Assembly: GCA_963702005.1 (NCBI GenBank)
Contig: OY969696.1
Location: forward strand, 704,001-768,000
DNA from: Candidatus Aminicenantes bacterium
GTDB taxonomy: Bacteria > Acidobacteriota > Aminicenantia > Aminicenantales > JAFGBC01
Direction of reading: 5' to 3'
Length of the DNA: 64,000 nt
Numbering within the stretch: position 1 is the first letter of the stretch; each line of letters starts with the position of its first letter. A program made the translations under genes and the position numbers. Shown here one piece after another: positions 9,755 through 18,229 of the stretch. Below the pieces are notes generated by a model, which searched no databases, had not been told where the DNA came from, and saw nothing but the letters and a program-made list of their open reading frames with translations.

Positions 9755-10693
9755 TTATTTCGTCAGATTCTTTGTGATTTCTTCAACAGCCTGACGGAGA
9801 ACGTTGTTCTCACGAATGAGTGTTTTCATTCGGATTGAAATTTTCGCGATGCCGGATTGGCTGAGGTTGAAATAGTCGGCCACGTCCTTGAGTGAATACC
9901 CCGCTTTCTTGCCTGCAATCCATATGACCGCATCTCTATTGAATTTGTTGTTCCGTCCCAAGACTCGATCCGATTCCGATTGAATCCGGTTCAGCGGGGG
10001 CTTTTCTATCAAACTCCGCAAAGCCGGAAGCTCCCGGTCTTTATGACGATCTGGATTTATCCGGCTCGTGATTTTCTCGACAAACTCAGGGCACCCCAGG
10101 ATGGCCGTGCGTATGAAGTCCTGGCGGAGAGATTCGGGATTTCGGCCGGCTTGGCTCAGGACGAAAGAAGCGTAGAGGCGTCTGGCTTGGGTTCTGTCTT
10201 GGCTGAATAGCCCGAGAACGAACTCGATTTTCAGCCAGGGAGGTGGTTTTCGAAGTCCGACATAGTCTCTATAGCTCGACCAGCAATATTGATCCGGCAG
10301 CTCCGCTATATCGGCGCGGACGGGATTTAAATGAATATAACTGGTAAGCAGTTGGGCGTAGGATTCCGCTTCGATCAAGATGCTTTTAAAACGGCCCTGG
10401 AAGAGGTGACCCACTCGTTTCTGCCTCTTGTTGAGATAAATGGAATAAGCGGAATTGATAAACTGCATGATTTGCGAGAGGTTGCCTCTGGGCGTCTCGA
10501 TCATGAAATGAAAATGATTCTCCATGAGGCAATAGGCGTGGAACTGTGCGGCATGCGTCTCGTAAGCCTCTTCAAGGAAATCCAGGAAGCGCAAATAATT
10601 CAAATTGTTGAAAAAGATCGGTTGTTTCTGATTCCCCCTGGAGGTTACATGATAAAAAGCGCCTTCGTATTCAATCCTGAACTGTCGTGCCAC
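9755..10693 (-). mobile_element. REP-associated tyrosine (Y1/HUH) transposase, RAYT-like, with C-terminal HTH
   Basis: FYHVTSRGN, YCLMENHFH (HUH), GHLFQGRFKS, YIHLNPVRA, WSSY; lower GC; flanked by inverted REP-like repeats. Confidence 0.9.
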
Positions 10694-10749
10694 ATGAATA
10701 GAGACTTGAGTCCCCGTCGATCTTTCTCACGATCGGATCTACGCTTGAA

Positions 10750-10786
10750 TTACACTTTATGACAAAGTGTAGGTTTGACCCCGGTC
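10750..10786. repeat. REP-like repeat copy 2
   Basis: ttacactttatgacaaagtgtaggtttgaccccggtc. Confidence 0.85.
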
Positions 10787-10828
10787 GACGTCTTTAGACA
10801 AAATCCCGGCTTTTTAAGGTCTTTATTT

Positions 10829-11374
10829 ATGAAGAGAGCGCGTTCCGCTCGGTGTATCATAAAGACGGCTTTGAGGCCGGACGTAAAAGTGGATTTAGGA
10901 AGGATCTACGACCGGTTCGGGGAGAGGATGTTCCATTATCTGTCTGTCAAGCTCGGCTCGGCCCAGGACGCCGAGGACGTCCTCCAAGAGGTCTTTTATC
11001 GCTTGCTGAAGAATCCCTTAAGGCTCCGGCTCGTGCGCGATCAGGCCGCCTACATCTTCCGGACGGCCCGCAACGAGGCCCTTAGGTTCTTGGGCGGGAA
11101 AATCCGCGATCGGAAGATCTCCAGCCGGGCGCTCGAGCTCCAGGGCGTCATTAGGGAGTCCCTGACCGGGGTCGGCCGGGACGAGGAAGACAGCGCGGCC
11201 CGCGCTTTAGCGGGAATCCCCGAGGAACAGCGTGAGGTCATCATCCTCAAGATTTTCGAGGAGTTGACCTTCAAAGAGATCGCTTCCGTTTGCGGCATTT
11301 CCATCAATACGGCGGCCAGCCGTTACCGGTACGGATTGGAGAAGCTCCGCGAGATCCTGGAGGAGAGACGATGA
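10829..11374 (+). CDS. ECF-family RNA polymerase sigma factor (start uncertain, 10829 or 10889)
   Basis: DAEDVLQEVF, YIFRTARN region 2; IPEEQREVIILK..LTFKEIA..ISINTAASRYRYG region 4. Confidence 0.9.
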   Translation: MKRARSARCIIKTALRPDVKVDLGRIYDRFGERMFHYLSVKLGSAQDAEDVLQEVFYRLLKNPLRLRLVRDQAAYIFRTARNEALRFLGGKIRDRKISSRALELQGVIRESLTGVGRDEEDSAARALAGIPEEQREVIILKIFEELTFKEIASVCGISINTAASRYRYGLEKLREILEERR

Positions 11375-11793
11375 ACGATGTTCGTAAGACCGAGGAATTT
11401 CTGGAAAGGTTCCAGCGGAAGCCCGCGCCTCCCGGCCTGCGGGCGAAGCTCCTGGAGAGGGCCGGGCAGAGGAGGAGGGATTCAAGGCTGCTTGGTCCGG
11501 CGGGCTGGGGAGTGCTCGGCGCGAGCCTCGTCCTGTTAACGCTGGCCTGGGCTTGCGACGGCTTACTATCTAAGCCCCTGGATCGACGGGTGTCGTCTGC
11601 TCTGGGCCGGTCCGGTTCCGAGCGGAATCCGGAAGAACAAGCCTGGAGTGAGCTAGAGAATGAGGTCCGTTTATCGAACGCCGACCTTAAAATGTCTCCT
11701 TGGCTGGTCCGTCCGCCTGACGGCGAGAACAGCGTCGATCGGGAAACGATTCTTCTGCTCAAAACGATGAAGGAGGATTTTGATGAGCTCTAA
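11371..11793 (+). CDS. Putative single-TM anti-sigma factor
   Basis: ATGA overlap with the sigma gene; PAPPGLRAKLL motif then one hydrophobic helix. Confidence 0.6.
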   Translation: MNDVRKTEEFLERFQRKPAPPGLRAKLLERAGQRRRDSRLLGPAGWGVLGASLVLLTLAWACDGLLSKPLDRRVSSALGRSGSERNPEEQAWSELENEVRLSNADLKMSPWLVRPPDGENSVDRETILLLKTMKEDFDEL

Positions 11794-13093
11794 AACAGTG
11801 AGAATTCTGGCTCGGATCGGGGTTGGGGCGCTGGCCCTTCTCGCCGTCGGCCTCGCCCTTCGCGCCGTCCTTAATTATTCCTACGGAAAGAAGCTGGAGT
11901 CTTTGCTTGCGGAGATGAAAGCGTCCGGGGCGCCCATGACGCCTAAGGACGTAGAGCCGACCTGCCCGGCCGGGGATAACGGCGCCCCTCTCTGGAATGC
12001 GGCCTCGGCCCTGCTGAATCTGGAGAACGAGGATAGAAGCCTCCTGGCCAACGGCTTCCTGGCTCTGAGATCTCGAAACGTGCCGGGTAACGATCTCAGG
12101 AGTTCCCTGGAATCGATCATCGCCAAGAATCAAAAAGCCATTCAGATGCTGTTGGAGGCGTCCCGGAAGCCTTGCTTCAAAGACGAGGAAAAATGGCTGG
12201 ATCCCAACAGGGACGGCTTCGCCGCCCGCTTGGTCAAAATCATCGGCGCCTCGAGGCTTTTGGCGCTGGACTCCGTTCTTAAGGCGGAGCAAGGCCGTAG
12301 CGAGGAGGCCGTCGCCGAGTGCCTGGCCGGCTTTCGCCTGATGAGAAGCGGCTTGGAGGACGCCTTCATGATCAACGACCTCGTTTTGGTGGCCTGTGCC
12401 AAGCAGCTCGTTCTTGCCCTGCAGGTCATCGCTTCGGGTCGGGAGCTTCCCGCTCCCCTTCTGTCACAGATCATCGCCGAACTCGACGGCTCGGTATGGC
12501 ATGACGGCATGATCCGGGCTTTGCGTATCGAACGCTTATTAATCCAGGACCACGGTCTTCGGGCGATTCGGGGGGAGGAGAAAAGCTCTTGGTCATGGCT
12601 TCTCCGGCCCATCATAAAATCCGAAATTATCTGGATGTCGTCTGTTTGGGACCGGATTATCCGGGACGCGCAGCGCCCTTATTATGAGAGCGATGGGCTG
12701 CGTCCTGCCATGGAGGATATCGAGAAGGACACTCCTTGGTATTTTCGGATGGCCGGGCTCCTCATCCCGAATGCGGCGTCCTTTGTTTTAAAAGAAGCAA
12801 CCCTCGAAGCCCTTCTGGATGTAACCCGCCTGGGGATCGCCTGCAAGATCTACAAGGCCAAACACGGCGTTTTCCCGGATTCGTTGACTCAGCTCGTCCC
12901 CGCCGTCCTGCCGGACCTCCCCGTAGATCCGTTCAGCGGGAAACCCTTCGTTTATAAAAAATCCGACTCCGGCTTCATCCTCTACAGCCTGGGGTCGAAT
13001 AAAAAGGATGACGGCGGACGGGAAACCTGGGACATCACCCAATTAGTTATGGACAAGGATGACGACTGGGCTTGGCGCGAAACGGCCCGCTGA
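11783..13093 (+). CDS. Membrane-anchored hypothetical protein with a C-terminal GspG/pseudopilin-like module
   Basis: N-terminal TM; C-terminal FPDSLTQL...LPVDPFSGKPFVY...ILYSLGSNKKDDGG. Confidence 0.65.
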   Translation: MSSKTVRILARIGVGALALLAVGLALRAVLNYSYGKKLESLLAEMKASGAPMTPKDVEPTCPAGDNGAPLWNAASALLNLENEDRSLLANGFLALRSRNVPGNDLRSSLESIIAKNQKAIQMLLEASRKPCFKDEEKWLDPNRDGFAARLVKIIGASRLLALDSVLKAEQGRSEEAVAECLAGFRLMRSGLEDAFMINDLVLVACAKQLVLALQVIASGRELPAPLLSQIIAELDGSVWHDGMIRALRIERLLIQDHGLRAIRGEEKSSWSWLLRPIIKSEIIWMSSVWDRIIRDAQRPYYESDGLRPAMEDIEKDTPWYFRMAGLLIPNAASFVLKEATLEALLDVTRLGIACKIYKAKHGVFPDSLTQLVPAVLPDLPVDPFSGKPFVYKKSDSGFILYSLGSNKKDDGGRETWDITQLVMDKDDDWAWRETAR

Positions 13094-13117
13094 GCCGGAC
13101 CCCTCCTTGAATTGCAC

Positions 13118-13723
13118 GAAAGCTTTACAGGCTGCCCCGTGGCTTGCCACGGGGTGGAATGTATGCCTTGCCGAGGGGGTGATAAGGGGGACCGGAAAGT
13201 CCCCCTTATCCACAAAGGCCCTTGCTCGGGAGTGTGGTAAAGTATATGGGTGACGCTGAAACGGACGAGTCATTCGGTCTACGACACGTCCTACCATCTG
13301 GTCTGGTGTCCGAAGTACCGGAAGAAGATTTTCGAGCGGGTGGAAGTCCGGGAACGAGCGAAACAGATCGTGGGAGAGATTTGCGAATCGTACGATATTG
13401 AAATCATCGAGATGGAAATTACCGAAGATCATATTCATTTGCTAGTATCATTTCCGCCATCGCGATCGATCGGGGAGGTCGTCAGGATCATAAAGAGCAT
13501 GAGTGGGAGGGGGTTGTTTCGCGAGTTTGCGGGCTTGAAAAAGAAGCTGTGGGGCGGGGAAGTGTGGGAGGACGGATATTTCGCAAGGACGGTCGGAGAC
13601 CGGATGACGAGGGATGTGATCGCGAAGTACATCGTCAGTCACCGAGAACTGGAGCAAGGGCCTGCGCAGCTGGCCTTGAAGCTGCGCTCCTAATGCCCCG
13701 CGGCTTGCCGCGGGGATCTTTAC
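13118..13723 (+). mobile_element. IS200-type insertion sequence (tnpA only, 606 bp)
   Basis: Subterminal hairpins 13135-13154 and 13696-13715; guides GCTG and AATG predict the cleavage sites GCAC (13114-13117) and TTAC (13720-13723); removing the element restores a REP copy. Confidence 0.9.
13250..13693 (+). CDS. tnpA: IS200/IS605 family transposase TnpA
   Basis: YHLVWCPKYR, DHIHLL (HUH), W..GYFARTVG, catalytic Tyr in IAKYI. Confidence 0.95.
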   Translation: MTLKRTSHSVYDTSYHLVWCPKYRKKIFERVEVRERAKQIVGEICESYDIEIIEMEITEDHIHLLVSFPPSRSIGEVVRIIKSMSGRGLFREFAGLKKKLWGGEVWEDGYFARTVGDRMTRDVIAKYIVSHRELEQGPAQLALKLRS

Positions 13724-13751
13724 TTTGTGACAAAGTGTAGGTTTGACCCCG
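13724..13751. repeat. REP-like repeat copy 3, right part (left part ttgcac at 13112-13117)
   Basis: ttgcac + tttgtgacaaagtgtaggtttgaccccg is the exact reverse complement of copy 1 over 34 bp. Confidence 0.85.
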
Positions 13752-13758
13752 AGCAGGA

Positions 13759-15969
13759 TCAGCGGAACAGGCCGGCCAGGTAGGGGCCGAGGCCGGTCTG
13801 CGTCGCGATCTTGAGCGCTTCCTCGGGCGGAACCGGACTTTTCCGGCGCAACGACTCGAGGATGCGGATGATGGAGTAAGCGACTTCGGCCGTCTGTCCC
13901 GCTTCTTTCCTCTTCGTCTTGAGATAGCCGATGGCGTCGAACAAGACGGCGTTGGCCTCCCCGTAGCCGACGGGCTTCCGGCGGCCGTAAAGGCGGACCC
14001 ATTGGGGTTGGCTCAAAACGTCGTTGACGTGCATCAGGATGAGCGAGGTCGCCCGGCCGATCAGCTTGAGGTTGCTCGGGCTGACGTTGACCATCGTGTT
14101 CCCGATGACCCTGCCCAGCCGGGCCATGACGGCCGTCGAGTGGGCGTTGAGGAGCATTTTGAGCCCGACCTGCTCCCCGAGCCGGAGCGGGTCATCCTCG
14201 GTCTCGGCCGCGATCTGAACGAAAGGCGAGGACTTGGACAAAAGGCCCTTCTGGACCAGGGCCTCGCGGAGCCCGGCCGCACCTTGAACGGATCCGCCGG
14301 CCAGGATGAGGGCCGTCCCGGCGTCCTTTTTCGCGAAGAGTCCGAGGAACGCGCGGGAAGGAGACGTTTCATTCTTCAACTCCTCGACCTCCGGTCCGAG
14401 AGCGATGGCAACCCCAAGGTCGTCCCGGCCGGGCCCCCGCTTGACGATGTTCGGCTCGGCGAATGAGAAGTCGTATTGGTACTGCTGATCGTCGCCGGCC
14501 CGCTTCAGGCTTTCCAGCGCGGCCGTCCGCAGGTAAGGATCCTCGATCTCCTCCTCGAACGGCTTTTGATAGAGGCCGGCCGAGAGTCCTCGAAATGGCC
14601 TCCCTAAAAATGCCCTCCAAGCGGCCCCCAGATCCGGCGCCGGAGTCCAGACCTGGATCCAGCATTTCCGCTTCGGCTCGTAGACGGTATCAAGGGGATA
14701 GAGCCGGAAGGTCGGGCTTCGTTCCGTGCCGTCTATGAAGACGGTGATCAGGCCGTCTGCGGCGAAATAAGTCGAGAAGCGGCCGGCGGCGTAGGCGTCG
14801 GATTCGCGCAACGTGAGGTCCGCCAGCGCCGGGATGCTCGATTGGACCGCCTCGTGGAGAGGGGCGAACCTCAGGAGCCTGTCGCTGAGTGGCGTCTCGT
14901 CCAAGGCAAAGCCGAGCCTCGCCATCTCCTTGGGCGCCAGGACCGTCCTCAGAGCCCTGTCCAGGGCGGTTTCCAGGACCGTCCCGATGACCCAGGTTTC
15001 GATCGTCGTGGCCTGCATTCGGGTCGAGCCCGTGATGGCCTGGGGGCCGGTCGTCAGGTTGATCTTGGTGATGCCCGGGTCCTGGAGGACTTTCCGGCTC
15101 CGTTCGAGAGGGAGGAGCTTATCGTCGGGGTTGTTGTAGATGAAGTACAGGCTGAACCGGCTTTCGCCGGCGTCGACGGCTCCCGGCGCCGTCCAGTCTC
15201 CGCGCGCGGCCAGGATGGTCCCGATGACCGACGAGGTCTCCCCGCCCTCCGTGACGCAGATGACGACATCGCCTTTTTTGATCCCTCGGTCCCGGAGCTG
15301 GAGCCGGCCGATGAGTTGAAGATCTTCGAAGCCTTCGAGAGAGCTGATCAGGGCCCGGTCGCCGCCCGTCATCTCTCCGATCAGGCGCCCCTCGGCATCC
15401 CCGCCGAAGCGGGCTCCGAGCTTGGCCCCGACCTTGGTTTCGGCCGCGGCCTTCCTCCAGAACGGCCTCCACAGGCCGCTTTCCATCTGCTTGGCCAGCC
15501 GGCCCGTGGCGCCGCAGCCGTAGATGTAGACGGAGCGGCCTTGGAGGAGGGCTCCCTCGACGGCCCGGGCCATCTGCTCGAGCCCGGCCGGGTCGGCGGC
15601 GAGGCTGTCGAGCTTGTCGACGATGTCCTGGTCGACCGAGACGATCATCCGGAGTCCGGCCGCCGCGTCCTTTCCGACCCGCTCGCTCAGGTTCCACGTC
15701 TTAGGATGCCGCTGCTCGGTCAGAAGGTCGTGGAGCTGGAATTGGGTTTTGTTCTGGACGTAGTCGATCGATTCGGCCGAGGCCTCGATGCCCAGGAATT
15801 TGAGGAGGCTCGTCTCGACCGAAGGCGGAGCCGTCTGTTCCTGGCCTCGCCCGGCCGCCAGGAAACCCGGCCGGCCCGGAGCGCAGACGAAGAGGGCGAG
15901 AATCAGCAACGAACCCAGGATGCGGGCGGTCCGGACGGCGCCCTCCTCATCCGTACTGATGCTGGTCAT
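13759..15969 (-). CDS. MurQ/GKRP-like double SIS-domain protein with N-terminal signal-like segment
   Basis: LLTEQRHP, YGCGATGRL, EGFED, TGPQAITGSTRMQATT, KMLLNAHST.VM.RLG.V.GNTMVNV.PSN.KL..RA. Confidence 0.75.
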   Translation of the reverse strand: MTSISTDEEGAVRTARILGSLLILALFVCAPGRPGFLAAGRGQEQTAPPSVETSLLKFLGIEASAESIDYVQNKTQFQLHDLLTEQRHPKTWNLSERVGKDAAAGLRMIVSVDQDIVDKLDSLAADPAGLEQMARAVEGALLQGRSVYIYGCGATGRLAKQMESGLWRPFWRKAAAETKVGAKLGARFGGDAEGRLIGEMTGGDRALISSLEGFEDLQLIGRLQLRDRGIKKGDVVICVTEGGETSSVIGTILAARGDWTAPGAVDAGESRFSLYFIYNNPDDKLLPLERSRKVLQDPGITKINLTTGPQAITGSTRMQATTIETWVIGTVLETALDRALRTVLAPKEMARLGFALDETPLSDRLLRFAPLHEAVQSSIPALADLTLRESDAYAAGRFSTYFAADGLITVFIDGTERSPTFRLYPLDTVYEPKRKCWIQVWTPAPDLGAAWRAFLGRPFRGLSAGLYQKPFEEEIEDPYLRTAALESLKRAGDDQQYQYDFSFAEPNIVKRGPGRDDLGVAIALGPEVEELKNETSPSRAFLGLFAKKDAGTALILAGGSVQGAAGLREALVQKGLLSKSSPFVQIAAETEDDPLRLGEQVGLKMLLNAHSTAVMARLGRVIGNTMVNVSPSNLKLIGRATSLILMHVNDVLSQPQWVRLYGRRKPVGYGEANAVLFDAIGYLKTKRKEAGQTAEVAYSIIRILESLRRKSPVPPEEALKIATQTGLGPYLAGLFR

Positions 15970-16456
15970 CGAGGATGTCTCCTTCGCGCCAGGACTTGGC
16001 CCAGTCCTCGACCTTGGAGACGAGGAAGCGTCCGTCGGCCGTGGAGCAGACCACTCGGATCAGGCCCGCGTTGATGAGCATTTTCTTGCAGATGAAGCAG
16101 GGGAAGGCGTCGATGACCGCCCCGCTCTCCGGGACGGTCCCGAAAATATACATGTCGCCGCCCAGGAGGCTCACGCCGGCCCGGGCCGCGTTGATGATGG
16201 CGTTCTGCTCGGCGTGGACGCTCCGGCACAGCTCGTAGCGCTGGCCGTGGGGAATGCCGAGCTTATCGCGAAGGCAGGAGCCGTGCTCGAGACTGTCGCG
16301 GGTTTTGCGGGGAGCCCCGGCGTAGCCGGTCGAGACGATCTGGTCGTCGCGGACGATCAGGGCGCCGATCGAACGCCGGTAGCAGGTGCTGCGGCGGGCG
16401 ACCTCCCGGGCGATCCCGAGATAGTACTCGTCCTTGGAGATCCGTGGAGCCGTCAT
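15947..16456 (-). CDS. dCMP deaminase / ComEB family
   Basis: RSTC, STGY.GAP, HAEQNAI, PCFIC zinc motifs. Confidence 0.9.
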   Translation of the reverse strand: MTAPRISKDEYYLGIAREVARRSTCYRRSIGALIVRDDQIVSTGYAGAPRKTRDSLEHGSCLRDKLGIPHGQRYELCRSVHAEQNAIINAARAGVSLLGGDMYIFGTVPESGAVIDAFPCFICKKMLINAGLIRVVCSTADGRFLVSKVEDWAKSWREGDILDDQHQYG

Positions 16457-16998
16457 GCGAACACCTCCAGCTTGCGATATAGGTTCTCGAGCGTGCCGTC
16501 GTTGATGACGAGGGCATCGGCGAGCTCCCGGCAGCGCCGGAGTTGCTGGCCGGTCGGCGAGCCCTCCATCTCCTCACGCTCTTTGGCGATGAACTCGTCC
16601 AAGGTCCGGGCCGATTCGTCCCGCCCCCGCTTCCGGACGCGCTCGTAGCGGACCTTGACCGGCGCGTCAACGGCCAGGAGGCGGAAGTCCGGCCGGGTTC
16701 GGAAAAAGGCGATCTCATCGGGATTCCTGATGCTGTCGATGACCGATCGCCCCGCGAGGACGGCCATGATCCGGCGGGCCAGGACGTCGGCGCCCTGGGA
16801 GGCTCGAAGGGCGTTCCCGATCCGGATGAGGTTGTCCCTGGTGACGGCTTCGCCCCGGGCCGAGAGCTCGGCGCGGAGGACGTCGGACAGGGAGTGGTAG
16901 GCGAAACCCTTCCGGATGAAATAGGCGGCGACCTCGCCCTTGCCGGCTCCGTTGGTTCCGGTCAGGCCGATCAGACGAACGTCCGGCTTGTCGATCAT
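16453..16998 (-). CDS. Dephospho-CoA kinase-like / NMP kinase-family P-loop protein
   Basis: IGLTGTNGAGKG, SLSD, IDSIRNPDE, INDGTLE. Confidence 0.8.
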   Translation of the reverse strand: MIDKPDVRLIGLTGTNGAGKGEVAAYFIRKGFAYHSLSDVLRAELSARGEAVTRDNLIRIGNALRASQGADVLARRIMAVLAGRSVIDSIRNPDEIAFFRTRPDFRLLAVDAPVKVRYERVRKRGRDESARTLDEFIAKEREEMEGSPTGQQLRRCRELADALVINDGTLENLYRKLEVFA

Positions 16999-17016
16999 GG
17001 ATTCATCGGCGATGTT

Positions 17017-17808
17017 TTATCCGGCCGGGTCGCTCCCGGTCGCGCCCTTGCCGGCTTTGCGCGCCCGGCGCTCCTTCCGTTCTTTTCCGAACAGGAAGGC
17101 GATTAGAATGCCCAGGGCGTAGAGGATCAGCATGGGGAGGGCGAGAATCGTCTGGTTGACCGGATCGGGAGTCGGCGTGATGACGGCGGCGATGATGAAG
17201 ACGGCCAAGATCGCATACTGGAAATTCTTGAGCATCCAGCGCGACGTCACGATCCCCATTCGCGACAGGAAGAAGATCAGGGTCGGCGTCTCGAAGACCG
17301 CCCCGATGCCCAGCAGGAGTTTGATGATCAGGCCGAAATATTCGTCCACCTTGATGACGGCCTGAAAATCCCGGCCCATCTGGAGGAAAAAGCGGCAGGC
17401 GTAGGGGAAGACGATGAAATAGCCGAACAGAGCTCCCAGCAGGAAGAACGCCGTCGTGAACAGGACGAACGGCAAGACGTATTTCTTTTCTTTTTGGTAA
17501 AGGCCGGGGGCGATGAAGTACCAGAGCTGGAGGAAGACGACGGGCGCAGCCAGGAATGCCGCCGTCAGGAAGGCGACCTTCATGTAAAGGACGAACGGCG
17601 CCGTCAGGGCCGTGAAGGCCAGCTTCTGTCCGGGGGGCAGATATTTGGTGACCGGCCGGGCCAGGATGGTGAAGATGTCCTTGGCGAAGATCGCGCTGGG
17701 GATGACGGCGATGACGATCGCGATGAGCGCGTAAAAAATTCTTTTGCGGAGATCCTCGAGGTGCTCGAGGAAGGTCATCTCGTCAGGAGGTTTTTTGGCC
17801 TTCCCCAT
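17017..17808 (-). CDS. tatC: Twin-arginine translocase TatC
   Basis: MTFLEHLEDLRKR, FIAPGLY..EK, FETP, AAVITPTPD. Confidence 0.95.
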   Translation of the reverse strand: MGKAKKPPDEMTFLEHLEDLRKRIFYALIAIVIAVIPSAIFAKDIFTILARPVTKYLPPGQKLAFTALTAPFVLYMKVAFLTAAFLAAPVVFLQLWYFIAPGLYQKEKKYVLPFVLFTTAFFLLGALFGYFIVFPYACRFFLQMGRDFQAVIKVDEYFGLIIKLLLGIGAVFETPTLIFFLSRMGIVTSRWMLKNFQYAILAVFIIAAVITPTPDPVNQTILALPMLILYALGILIAFLFGKERKERRARKAGKGATGSDPAG

Positions 17809-18109
17809 CCGCCTGATCGTCCTTCTTAGGGGAGTCTCCGACGGGGCGTGGGGAATCCTCCCCGGCGAGGGCCGTCGGGATGCTCTTAATGTCCTGGAAA
17901 TCCTTGCGGAGGTCGTCCGCGACGCCCTTGATCTCCGAGGCTTGAATCTCGTCCTCGATCCGCCCCCGGATCTCCTCCGAGGTTTTCTTGAACTCTCTCA
18001 TGGCTTTGCCCAAGGATTTCCCGACTTCGGGGAGCTTCTTCGGTCCGAAGACAAGCAGGGCGACGGCCAGGATGATTAAAAGTTCCGGAATACCGATGCT
18101 GCCGAACAT
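17783..18109 (-). CDS. tatA: TatA/TatB translocase subunit
   Basis: MFGSIGIPELLIIL..ALLVFGPKKLPE.GKSLGKAMREFK. Confidence 0.9.
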   Translation of the reverse strand: MFGSIGIPELLIILAVALLVFGPKKLPEVGKSLGKAMREFKKTSEEIRGRIEDEIQASEIKGVADDLRKDFQDIKSIPTALAGEDSPRPVGDSPKKDDQADGEGQKTS

Positions 18110-18229
18110 GTTTCGCTCTCGTGACAACAGCCACTATAAACCCTCGTTTTCCCGAAGTCAATACGGGCGGCCGCCGGCGACTTTACAAGGCGCGGCCCCT
18201 TTGGTAAGATGTTCATTCAACGGCGACCC

